Source of the DNA: a bacterium
GTDB lineage: Bacteria; Desulfobacterota; DSWW01
Direction: 5' to 3'
DNA: 64,000 nucleotides
Assembly (NCBI GenBank): GCA_040756235.1
Contig: JBFLZG010000062.1
Coordinates: 1-64,000 of the forward strand
Below, piece after piece: positions 20,628 through 29,443 of the stretch. Position numbers and translations under genes: made by a program. Under the pieces are notes generated by a model. The model was not told the origin of the DNA, did not search any database, and saw nothing but the letters and a program-made list of their open reading frames with translations. The number at the start of each line of letters is the position of its first letter. The stretch's first letter is position 1.

Positions 20628-21659
20628 ATGGCAGAGATGATGAAGGCTGCAGTTGTCCGCAAGTTCAAGGCGCCTCTGAAAATCGAAGAAGTTCGAAGGC
20701 CTGATCCCGGGCCCGGTGAGGTGCTGATTCGCGTGGCGGCCTGCGGAGTGTGCCATACGGATCTGCATGCCGCCGAGGGCGACTGGCCTGTGAAACCTTC
20801 CTTGCCCTTTATCCCGGGGCACGAGGCGGCAGGGCATGTGGCTGCCGTGGGGAAGGGGGTCAGCGGATGGAAGGAAGGAGACCGCGCGGGTGTGCCCTGG
20901 CTGTATCGTGCCTGCGGTGTATGCGACTACTGCATTTCGGGATGGGAAACCCTGTGCCCCGACCAGAAGAACACCGGATATTCCGTCAATGGCGGGTTTG
21001 CCCAGTATGTGCTTGCACCGGCTGCATTTGCGGCCCCATTGCCGGACAGTCTGGGATTCGTCCAGGCCGCACCCATCCTGTGCGCCGGGGTTACCACCTA
21101 CAAGGGGCTCAAGGAGTCCGAGGTTCGTCCGGGACAGTGGGTGGTGATCTCCGGTATCGGAGGATTGGGGCACGTTGCCGTGCAATACGCCAAGGCCATG
21201 GGCCTCAGAGTCGTTGCCGTTGACATCGGCGCGGCGCAACTGAAGCTCGCTTCGGATCTGGGTGCTGAGCTGGTCGTAAACCCCGCCACAACCGACCCAG
21301 TGGCTGAAGTTCAACGCCAGATCGGCGGGGCGCACGGCGCCCTCATTACCGCTGTTTCACCCAAAGCTTTCAGCCAGGGCATCAACATGCTTCGTTCGGG
21401 CGGCACCTGCAGCCTGGTGGGGCTCCCTCCGGGGGAGTTCTCGATGCCGATCGTGGAGGTCGTTCTCAAACGGCTTACCGTCCGGGGGTCCATTGTCGGG
21501 ACCCGCAAGGATCTTCGCGAAGCGCTGCAGTTCGCCGCAGAAGGAAAAGTCGTCGCTTCCATCGAGGTGGCGCCCTTTGCCCAGGTGAACAGCGTGTTCG
21601 AGCGGTTGCGCGCCGGGAAAGTCTCGGGCCGCGTGGTGCTTTCCATGGAAGGGACCTGA
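20628..21659 (+). CDS. adhP: Zn-dependent alcohol dehydrogenase (AdhP type)
   Basis: [15 protein letters not shown], structural Zn cysteines and GIGGLGH. Confidence 0.92.
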   Translation: MAEMMKAAVVRKFKAPLKIEEVRRPDPGPGEVLIRVAACGVCHTDLHAAEGDWPVKPSLPFIPGHEAAGHVAAVGKGVSGWKEGDRAGVPWLYRACGVCDYCISGWETLCPDQKNTGYSVNGGFAQYVLAPAAFAAPLPDSLGFVQAAPILCAGVTTYKGLKESEVRPGQWVVISGIGGLGHVAVQYAKAMGLRVVAVDIGAAQLKLASDLGAELVVNPATTDPVAEVQRQIGGAHGALITAVSPKAFSQGINMLRSGGTCSLVGLPPGEFSMPIVEVVLKRLTVRGSIVGTRKDLREALQFAAEGKVVASIEVAPFAQVNSVFERLRAGKVSGRVVLSMEGT

Positions 21660-21916
21660 CCCCGGCGTGGCGACCCCGGGCCGGACATCGCGAGCGGAGC
21701 GTGGCGACCTCAATGTAACCAGGGGGGTTGCCACGGACCTTCGGTCCTCGCAATCTCCGAGGGTTGCCGCGGATCGCCATGTGGCTGCCGACCAGACCGG
21801 TCCTCAAGGAATACGCCAGCGCACTCACGCCTACATGTACGGACCGCTTCGGATCAGGGGAGGAAGGGGTCAGCCGTCACGTCGCCTCGCCGGCCCGCAA
21901 GAATCGGACGCCAGGC

Positions 21917-22381
21917 TCATGTTGTTGGGCACACGGATGGTGGCTGGAGCGATGGCCGGATGAGGAACTCGTCCTCGGTCCCGGCCTTGAGCTCGGCTAG
22001 AAACACGCGGACCGTTTTCCCCGGAAACCTGCCTGCCAGGATCTGCATGGCCTGCTCGAGATCGTGGTGATGCTGGGCGATCTGCTCTTCTCGGGAGCGG
22101 AAATGCATCCGGGCCCGGTATGCGCCGCAGTCCTCATGGTTGATCAGAATGATGGGATCGGCCGCGTGGAGCTTGGCAGCCACTTCGGCGTCGCGCAAGA
22201 GCGTTCCGGAGAAGCCTTCGCTTTCGGGCCTGACAAGATCCAGGATACCGCCGGCCCGGGCAATGAAGTCGCAGTCGACGTGCAAACCCTTGACGAATTC
22301 TGCCAGGCAGTTCCGGCCGTCTGCTCTCTGGTGCAAACGGTAATCCATGCAGGTGACGATCGCCGCGCAGTGATGGGTCAT
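21917..22381 (-). CDS. Small beta-class carbonic-anhydrase-like protein
   Basis: CMDYRL, RAGG and HEDCGAY give a Cys/His/Cys Zn-ligand pattern. Likely start ATG 22381. Confidence 0.7.
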   Translation of the reverse strand: MTHHCAAIVTCMDYRLHQRADGRNCLAEFVKGLHVDCDFIARAGGILDLVRPESEGFSGTLLRDAEVAAKLHAADPIILINHEDCGAYRARMHFRSREEQIAQHHHDLEQAMQILAGRFPGKTVRVFLAELKAGTEDEFLIRPSLQPPSVCPTT

Positions 22382-22585
22382 GATCTTTCCCCCTGCTCTT
22401 GCATATCCCCTTTCACTGGGTGGTTTGCCACGCTGGTGTCTGCCGGATCCCAAACCCAGCGCGGACCAGAGTTTTTGCCACGACCATGGGGACGAGAAGG
22501 CCGAGAATGCCTGCGGGAACAAGATGGTTGGCGCAACCCGCCCCGGGAAATGCCCCTTTCTCATCGGGAAGGCGGCCGAGACCCT

Positions 22586-23242
22586 TCACCGGACGGACAT
22601 CGCGGCGGCACGTTGCGAGCTCGCCTGGCAGATCGACTCGGCGATCTTGGTGCTGAGCTCTCCCAGAGCCTCGCTCAATGCGGCCGCTGCGCTGGCCGCG
22701 TCCTGCCCGTGAGCCTGCCGCTGCAAAGCGGCGCTGCGAGAGAGCAGGACATCCCGGGTCCGGCCGTCCCGCAGGAACCACCGTGCGCAGAGATTTGCGG
22801 CACGATCGACGGTCGACTCGAACTGCAACACGTCAATCTGAATCTCGTAGTCGATCCCGGAAAGGCTGGTGGGATACCGTGCGATCCGCTTGGTCTCCAG
22901 CAGCATGGCGAGATTGTCTGCAAGGATGCGGCGGAAGTTCTCCTCCAGCGGCTCTGCCCAGCGGTCGAATGCCGCGAGCTCCACGCGGTTCGGAGAGACC
23001 CGAGTCACCATCTGGTCGCGATCCAGGTAGGCCGGGAAGCGAACCGCCCCCAGCAGCAGGGAGACCTCCCGGCAGGAGGGTCCGAGCGCCTCGGCATCCT
23101 TTGCGGAAGCCTCAGACATGGGGTCGAGGAGGTAATACTGTGTGGAATCCGGCTTCGCCCGCATCACCGAGGAACATGCCGCCTGCAGGAAAGATGCGGC
23201 GACCAGGACCAGACAAACCAGGGTGATCACTCGAGTGCTCAT
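22586..23242 (-). CDS. PqiC-like ABC-transport auxiliary lipoprotein
   Basis: Lipobox-like QAAC; YYLL, PAYLDR and RWAEPL. Overlaps the MlaD gene. Confidence 0.82.
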   Translation of the reverse strand: MSTRVITLVCLVLVAASFLQAACSSVMRAKPDSTQYYLLDPMSEASAKDAEALGPSCREVSLLLGAVRFPAYLDRDQMVTRVSPNRVELAAFDRWAEPLEENFRRILADNLAMLLETKRIARYPTSLSGIDYEIQIDVLQFESTVDRAANLCARWFLRDGRTRDVLLSRSAALQRQAHGQDAASAAAALSEALGELSTKIAESICQASSQRAAAMSVR

Positions 23243-24225
23243 GGCGCCTCCGCCTCCACCCGCTCGGGTTTGCCCCGCAGCAGGGCGTCAGGGTTGCGTT
23301 CCAGATAGTCGGCCAGCGAACGAAGGGAGCGCGCGGCCCCGGACAACCGCGCCAGAGAGGTGCCCAATTCGTTCATGAACGGCGAATCAGCCTGCAGGGT
23401 GCTGTCGAAGGCGGCAAAAGTGGTCTTGGCCTGCTGGAGTGCGACATTCGCCTGTTGGAGTGCGGCATCGGCACTTTCCGCCGTGGCGAGAAGCTTCTGG
23501 CTGAGAGAATCGACGTTTCCGTCCATCGATTCCGTCATGGCGCGGATGGCGATGACGGCACGATTCGTGTTCTCGATGACCGGGTTGAGGGACTTCAGGG
23601 CGGTCTTGAGCTCAGGAGTGCTGAGGAGCTCATTCACGCTGTTTGCGACGTTCGTAAAGGACTTCACCAGACCGGCCAAGTCGATCTTGTCCAGCTTCTC
23701 GATCAAGGCTGAAACTTCGCTCTGCAATTCCTCCATCGGCGTGGGTACGGTCGGGATTTCCGTATATTTCACCTCCGGGTCCGGGTGGTACTCGACCGGG
23801 CTTTGCGGAAACAGGTCAAGCCTCACGTAGCGCACACCTGTAACGAGGCTCTCCACGGCCAGTTGCCCGCGCATGCCCTGGTCGATCCACGACTTTATGA
23901 AGTTCGGGTCCTTCAGGTTGGCTCGGCCTCCGCTCTCTTGAATCCGTTGTTCGTCGATTTCGATCACCACGGGCAGCTTGTGCGCGGCGAATCCAGCCTC
24001 GCCCATGCGCAACCGCATGTCGGTCACCGCGCCGATCTCGACCCCTCTGAACTTGACCGGCGCACCCGCCTTCAAGCCATTCAGATCGCCGCCGAAGTAG
24101 AGGATGAACGGGTACGTCTTGCTGAACATCTGCCCCACCCCGAGGATGATCACGGCCAGCACGGCGATCGCAACCGCGCCCACCACGAAGGCGCCGATCA
24201 TGGCGGGGCTTGCCTTCTTGCTCAT
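23239..24225 (-). CDS. MlaD/MCE-domain protein
   Basis: IGAFVVGA TM segment, GLKAGAPVKFRGVEIG, helical tail ending LERNPDALLRGK. Start ATG 24225. Confidence 0.88.
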   Translation of the reverse strand: MSKKASPAMIGAFVVGAVAIAVLAVIILGVGQMFSKTYPFILYFGGDLNGLKAGAPVKFRGVEIGAVTDMRLRMGEAGFAAHKLPVVIEIDEQRIQESGGRANLKDPNFIKSWIDQGMRGQLAVESLVTGVRYVRLDLFPQSPVEYHPDPEVKYTEIPTVPTPMEELQSEVSALIEKLDKIDLAGLVKSFTNVANSVNELLSTPELKTALKSLNPVIENTNRAVIAIRAMTESMDGNVDSLSQKLLATAESADAALQQANVALQQAKTTFAAFDSTLQADSPFMNELGTSLARLSGAARSLRSLADYLERNPDALLRGKPERVEAEAP

Positions 24226-24236
24226 GGGGCTTCTCC

Positions 24237-25046
24237 TTACGTGCCATTCCCTCTTGTCAGAAAGGTGTGGACCTTGGGATCGTCGCAGTGCGCAAGCAAT
24301 TGCTTGGGATCCCCGCCGGCGGTCATGGTCTTTGCCTCGGGGTCGAGGAACACGCTGTTGTTGCCGATCGTGAAAATGCTTGCCAGCTCGTGGGTCACCA
24401 CGACCACCGTGGCCCCCAGGCTGTCCCGCAGCTCGAGAATGAGCCGATCCAGGAGGTGCGAGCTGATCGGGTCGAGCCCGGCCGAGGGCTCGTCGAAGAA
24501 CAGCACCTCCGGGTCGAGGGCCATGGCTCGGGCAAGGCCTGCGCGCTTCTGCATCCCGCCGCTGATCTGAGAAGGGTAGTAGTCCTCGAACCCCTTGAGC
24601 CCGACCAGGGCCAGCTTGAGCGAGGCGACTTCCCGAATCTCGCCGGGACTCAGATCCGTGAACTCTCCCAGGGGAAGACCGATGTTCTCGGCCAGGGTCA
24701 TGGAGCTCCACAAGGCTCCGCTCTGGTACAGCACTCCGAACCGGCGGAGCATTTGCTCCCGCTTTTCCGGGGCGGCGCGAGTGAAACTCTCGGGCCCGTA
24801 CCAGATCTCGCCTGTGGCGGGCTCCTTCAGGCCGATCAGATGGCGAAGGAGCGTGCTCTTGCCGCAACCGCTGCCTCCCATGATGATGAACACGTCTCCA
24901 CGTCTCACGGTAAACGTGAGGTCCCGCATCAGGACGAAGCTGCCGTAAGCCATGGTGACGTTTCGAACGGTGATCTGCGCAGACGCATCATGCGGGGCAT
25001 CGAGGCCAGACTCGATCGCGGATGGTGAAATCGTCCCGTCAGGCAT
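24237..25046 (-). CDS. MlaF-like ABC ATPase
   Basis: GGSGCGKS, ISGGMQKR, FFDEPSAGLDP and VTHE. Confidence 0.9.
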   Translation of the reverse strand: MPDGTISPSAIESGLDAPHDASAQITVRNVTMAYGSFVLMRDLTFTVRRGDVFIIMGGSGCGKSTLLRHLIGLKEPATGEIWYGPESFTRAAPEKREQMLRRFGVLYQSGALWSSMTLAENIGLPLGEFTDLSPGEIREVASLKLALVGLKGFEDYYPSQISGGMQKRAGLARAMALDPEVLFFDEPSAGLDPISSHLLDRLILELRDSLGATVVVVTHELASIFTIGNNSVFLDPEAKTMTAGGDPKQLLAHCDDPKVHTFLTRGNGT

Positions 25047-25077
25047 CACACCTGCCCTCTTCCGGCGCCCGGCGGCC

Positions 25078-26211
25078 TCAAATGCCCAGGATGTAAAAGA
25101 GCACCGCAAAGATCCCGCAGGCGCTGATGATCAAGACGATGCTCGTGACGACCGCGGCCGTGGTTGCCTCCCCCACGGCCGAGGAACTGTTCCCCGACTG
25201 CATCCCACGAAGACACCCCGAGATCGCGATCAGCGTTCCGTAGACCGATGCCTTGAAGACCCCCCCGAGGAGATCCTGCAGCCGGAGCGACTCCGCGGTC
25301 TGACGGAAGTAGGTGGTGACCGAAAGGTCGAGCATGCCGATGCCGACGGCGGCTCCGCCCATGATCCCCATGAAGTCCGCATACAGGGACAGAAGCGGAA
25401 TCATGAGAGAGAGCGCCATCACGCGGGGAAGCACCAGAAACTCCATGGGGGATATCCCCATGGTGGTGAGCGCATCGATCTCCTGTGTCACCTTCATGCT
25501 GCCCAGCTGGGCCGCATAGGACGCGCCGGTCCGGCCTGCCATCACGATGGCGGTCATCACGGCCCCCATCTCCCGCACCATGGCGATGCAGACCAGGTTG
25601 GCGACGTAAATGGAGGCGCCGAACTGCTGGAGCTGGACCGCGCCGACGAAGGCGAGGATCAGCCCCAGAAGGAAGCTGATCAGCGTCACGATCGGGAGCG
25701 CCTCCATTCCGGCCTGCTGGATCAGGACCAGCAGATCCTGGAATCGGTAGCGGGCCCTGCGCCGCAGGAACTTGGTAACGGCCAGGACGACCTCGCCCAG
25801 AAAAGCCAGCATCTCCTTGACCGCTTCCCGTTGCGAGAGGGTGGCCCTGCCGATTCTCTCCAGGACGGAAGACTCGATCTCCTGGCGGCGGGCGCCGCTC
25901 TTTTCCGGGACCGCCTCCGCGAGCTCCAGAAGGCGCCGGACTCCGCTCGGCAGCCCTTCCCGCTCGGTCGGAATCTCTCTTTCCCTGCAAAGGCTCGTGA
26001 CGCGGGTGAGGAAGGTGAGCAGCCCGGTGTCCCATGCAGACAGGGCGGTTGTGTCAAAGGTGAGGGCGCGTGCGGGGCCGTGGGAGAACTCCTCGGCAAT
26101 GGAGGCGGTCGAAGGCATGCCTGCCTTCATGCACCAGGAGCCGGCCAGCCTCAGCACCAGCTTTTGGTCCTCCCGGCGCTGAACGAAGATTTCGGGGCCC
26201 CGTGTCTCCAT
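25078..26211 (-). CDS. MlaE-family ABC permease with N-terminal STAS-like region
   Basis: REMGAVMTAIVMAGRTG, AQLGSMKVTQEIDAL and VGEATTAAVV. Confidence 0.9.
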   Translation of the reverse strand: METRGPEIFVQRREDQKLVLRLAGSWCMKAGMPSTASIAEEFSHGPARALTFDTTALSAWDTGLLTFLTRVTSLCREREIPTEREGLPSGVRRLLELAEAVPEKSGARRQEIESSVLERIGRATLSQREAVKEMLAFLGEVVLAVTKFLRRRARYRFQDLLVLIQQAGMEALPIVTLISFLLGLILAFVGAVQLQQFGASIYVANLVCIAMVREMGAVMTAIVMAGRTGASYAAQLGSMKVTQEIDALTTMGISPMEFLVLPRVMALSLMIPLLSLYADFMGIMGGAAVGIGMLDLSVTTYFRQTAESLRLQDLLGGVFKASVYGTLIAISGCLRGMQSGNSSSAVGEATTAAVVTSIVLIISACGIFAVLFYILGI

Positions 26212-26278
26212 GATCGGAATTGACCTCTTTCGCAAGCCGCACCTCGCGCGAAATGAGGGGTTCGTCTGTTCGCCCGGC

Positions 26279-27001
26279 TCAGCTTACCGTCTCGGCGCCG
26301 CCACGCAGCTCCTCGATCCGGGTCCTCATTCTTTCGGCCCAGTAGTCGATCGCTCTCTCCGCATCCTTCCACTTGTTGAAGCTGATGCCGCGGAGCGTCT
26401 TGGTTCCCCAGCGCTCATCCACCGCTGCTGCCAACCGTTGGTTGGTCACGGAGTCCGTAACGTCCATCTCCATGCACGCATTCCCCACGGTCACCGCCGT
26501 ATCTGCGGCCATGCCCCCTATGGTCGTGATGACCCTGAGCTGCGGGACCACCGTCGTCACGGTCTTCGAGGCCACCCTCGCTCCCTTGACCTCGGTAAGG
26601 GCCACGCGCAGTCTCATGACGCCGGGCCCCGGAGTGGTCGCGATCTTCAATACCTTGCCGAGCTCTCGGTTCAGGGCCTCATAGGTGTAATCGGTCAGTG
26701 CCTGCTGTTCCTCTGCAGAGACTGCTTTGCTCCCCCCGCTTTCCTGCGTCCAGAAGCTGACCGAATCGATGATGACGGCGTCATACTTCGAGAAGTCCGC
26801 CGCCGGGTCGATGTACACGAGAGCGGCCTGATCCCCCTTTCCTTCCTGGAGCTGCGAGTAATCTCCGAGGAAACCCGATTGCACGGGAGCCTGTCTGGGC
26901 TGGCGCGTCATGGCGCAGGACGAAAGCACGAGCGCAAACAGGAAGAAGGCTGCCAGGAATGCCATTGCGGACCTTGTCCGCCTGGGTTGCATCAGTGTCA
27001 T
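26279..27001 (-). CDS. DUF3313-like lipoprotein
   Basis: Lipobox LSSC; SGFLGDYSQL, RLRVALT and DSVTNQRLAAAVD. Confidence 0.75.
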   Translation of the reverse strand: MTLMQPRRTRSAMAFLAAFFLFALVLSSCAMTRQPRQAPVQSGFLGDYSQLQEGKGDQAALVYIDPAADFSKYDAVIIDSVSFWTQESGGSKAVSAEEQQALTDYTYEALNRELGKVLKIATTPGPGVMRLRVALTEVKGARVASKTVTTVVPQLRVITTIGGMAADTAVTVGNACMEMDVTDSVTNQRLAAAVDERWGTKTLRGISFNKWKDAERAIDYWAERMRTRIEELRGGAETVS

Positions 27002-27083
27002 GGTTCCTCTCCTTTCAATAGGGTGCCGCGAATCCAGCAGGCGCGTTTATCCGGGAGATCTGTGACTGTCGAAGATTCTCGCT

Positions 27084-27099
27084 AGCCAATTTTGTGCCA
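27084..27099 (-). promoter_or_regulatory. Sigma-54 promoter for the DUF3313-mla operon
   Basis: Minus strand TGGCACAAAATTGGCT (GG-N10-GC). Confidence 0.7.
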
Positions 27100-27211
27100 A
27101 ATCGTTCAGGCGGCGAAGAGCCTTGGGCAAGGAACCGAAAAGGAACGCTTTTTGAGACACCCCCGGGAGCGAGCTGACGCGACCTGCCGGCGGCTTCAGA
27201 CGGCGTGAGGA

Positions 27212-27244
27212 GCCGTGGATCCGACCCGGGGACGGTATGGCGAC
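27212..27244. promoter_or_regulatory. Tandem palindromic putative UAS
   Basis: GCCGTGGATCCGAC (27212) and GACGGTATGGCGAC (27231), 19 bp apart, midway between divergent sigma-54 elements. Confidence 0.6.
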
Positions 27245-27346
27245 CTTCTCTGGCCGCCTCTCCCTTGCGGTGGAAGGAGCGGATCGCTGCATTAACCTGC
27301 TGAATTGGAACGGCTCGATTCGGAAGGGCAGGAGTGCGCAGCGGTG

Positions 27347-27362
27347 CGGCACAGCGTGTGCA
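27347..27362 (+). promoter_or_regulatory. Sigma-54 promoter for the ABM-GH13-GH63 operon
   Basis: CGGCACAGCGTGTGCA (GG-N10-GC), 60 bp before ATG 27423. Confidence 0.6.
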
Positions 27363-27422
27363 GACCCGGGTTCCGCGGGTATAGGCATATGTTTCACTCG
27401 GTCCGGAGAGGGGAGCTTCACG

Positions 27423-27785
27423 ATGATTCTCTCCGTCATCATCATCAAGCCACGGACTGGCAAATTCCAGGAACTGCTCGACGTTCTCCATTTCGTGCAG
27501 GAGTGCACGACCATGAAGACCGGATGCCTTTACAGCGAGACCTTCATCCGGCACGGCGGAGAGGAGAAAGTCCTGTACATGGAGCATTGGGAGTCCGCCG
27601 AGCACCTGAGCCGGCACGTCCTGTCGAAGCACTACGCGTATGTCCTGACTGCAATTGAGCTGGCTGCAGAGCCTCCTGTCGTCTCCATCTTCGATGTCGT
27701 GGAGAGGAAAGGGCTGGAGCTCATCAGGACACTCCGGGGCTGGGAAGCGGAAGTGGGGAAGGACGCCAAGACCAAGGGGAATTGA
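27423..27785 (+). CDS. Antibiotic-biosynthesis-monooxygenase (ABM)-like small protein
   Basis: Pattern GCL...YMEHWESAEHLSRH; ATG after a GGAG RBS. Confidence 0.65.
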   Translation: MILSVIIIKPRTGKFQELLDVLHFVQECTTMKTGCLYSETFIRHGGEEKVLYMEHWESAEHLSRHVLSKHYAYVLTAIELAAEPPVVSIFDVVERKGLELIRTLRGWEAEVGKDAKTKGN

Positions 27786-27861
27786 AGCCAAGCCGCGAAG
27801 CCTCCCGTGGCAGAGCTTTGCCGGATCCGTGCGTCCTTCCACCCGTAGAGCGGGGATCCTC

Positions 27862-29349
27862 ATGTCCAGCTGGCCTCGATATCCCACACTGTACGAGATC
27901 CACACATGGGTGTGGCTGGCTGAGCTCAGCCGGAGATATGGAACCCCTGTGACCTTGGGTTCGGTCCCTCCGGCAGAGTGGGATTCCGTTGCCGCCTATG
28001 GCTTCGATGCGGTGTGGATGATGGGTGTCTGGGAACGAAGCCCCGCGGGCCTCGCCATCGCCAACCAGAACAGGAACCTCCTCGACGACTTCCGCAGGTG
28101 CCTGCCTGACTTCTGTCTCGCGGACAACGTCGGATCTCCGTACTGCATCCGGCGTTATCTGGTCGACCGCCAGCTGGGAGGCCCCGAAGGGCTTGCCGCC
28201 GCCCGCAGGGAGCTCGCGCGGCGCGGCATGAATCTCATCCTGGACTTCGTGCCGAACCATGTAGCGCCGGACCATCCGTGGGTAGCCGAGCATGCCGAGT
28301 ATTTCATCCACGGGGATGTTCAGGAAGCCAACACGGACCCCGCATCCTATACGGTGCTGAACGGAGCCGTTTACGCCTGCGGGCGGGATCCCTACTTCCC
28401 GGCCTGGCCCGACGTATTGCAGCTGAATGCCTTCCAGCCGGATCTTCGGAAGGCGGTGGTTGAAACCATCCTGAGCATCGCGCGCCAGTGCGATGGGATA
28501 CGATGCGACATGGCCATGCTGCTCATGAACGGGATCTTCGAGCGCACCTGGGGAGGACGCGCGGGTCCGCGGCCGGAAGGGGAATACTGGGTCGAGGTGA
28601 TTCGCGCCATCAAGGTGGCGTACCCGGACTTCCTGTTCATGGCTGAAGCCTACTGGGATCTGGAGTGGGAGCTGCAACAGCAGGGATTCGATTTCTGCTA
28701 CGACAAGAAGCTCTACGACAGGCTGGAGCACGGCTACGTGGAGAGTATTCGTCTCCATCTCTGCGCGGACCTTGCCTATCAGGGGAAGCTCGTTCGCTTC
28801 ATCGAGAATCACGACGAGCCCCGGGCTGCGGCGAATTTTTCGCCGCCAAAGGAACGGGCTGCTGCGCTGGCGATGGCCACACTCCCGGGAGCAAGGCTCT
28901 TTCATGAAGGACAGTTCGAAGGGCGCGTCGTTCGACCTGCGGTGTTCCTGGGCAGGCGTCCCGAAGAGCCCACGGATCATGATCTGCAGGCTTTCTACTG
29001 GAAACTTCTGAAAGGCATCGACTCTCCCGTGTTCCGGAGCGGCCAGTGGAGCCTGTGCGAGCGCACGGGCTGGCCCGACAATCGTAGCTTTGAGAACCTG
29101 CTGGCGTGGAGCTGGCTGAAGAATGACGAGCGGTTTCTGGTCGCGGTCAACTTGAGCGGGAGCGCCGTGCAAGCCCGCGTTCAAGTGCCGTGGCCGGACG
29201 CAGCAGGGAGGACCTGGCACCTGGTTGACGCTCTCTCGGGCGCAACCTACGACCGTGACGGAACGGAGATCAGGACAGCGGGCCTTTACGTGGAATTGGG
29301 GCCGTGGGGTTATCATTTCCTCCACGGCCGCGGCCGGGAGGGCAGCTGA
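27862..29349 (+). CDS. GH13 alpha-amylase-family glycosidase
   Basis: GSPY, LDFVPNH, DGIRCDMA, AEAYW and FIENHDE. Confidence 0.9.
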   Translation: MSSWPRYPTLYEIHTWVWLAELSRRYGTPVTLGSVPPAEWDSVAAYGFDAVWMMGVWERSPAGLAIANQNRNLLDDFRRCLPDFCLADNVGSPYCIRRYLVDRQLGGPEGLAAARRELARRGMNLILDFVPNHVAPDHPWVAEHAEYFIHGDVQEANTDPASYTVLNGAVYACGRDPYFPAWPDVLQLNAFQPDLRKAVVETILSIARQCDGIRCDMAMLLMNGIFERTWGGRAGPRPEGEYWVEVIRAIKVAYPDFLFMAEAYWDLEWELQQQGFDFCYDKKLYDRLEHGYVESIRLHLCADLAYQGKLVRFIENHDEPRAAANFSPPKERAAALAMATLPGARLFHEGQFEGRVVRPAVFLGRRPEEPTDHDLQAFYWKLLKGIDSPVFRSGQWSLCERTGWPDNRSFENLLAWSWLKNDERFLVAVNLSGSAVQARVQVPWPDAAGRTWHLVDALSGATYDRDGTEIRTAGLYVELGPWGYHFLHGRGREGS

Positions 29350-29443
29350 CAGCCGTGAGAGAGCGGAGCCGGGGAGTCCGGCTCGAGGTCGGTCGCGGCT
29401 CTCTACGAATATTCCTAGGATCACGCAGAACGAGGAGAGAGTC

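Noticed and set aside
21660..21770. Short repeats CGTGGCGACC (x2) and GGGTTGCC (x2) after adhP, resembling half of the regulatory palindrome
   Set aside because: They lie between convergent genes with no sigma-54 element or 19-bp pairing. Best explained as terminator-like hairpins; too short and few for a CRISPR array.
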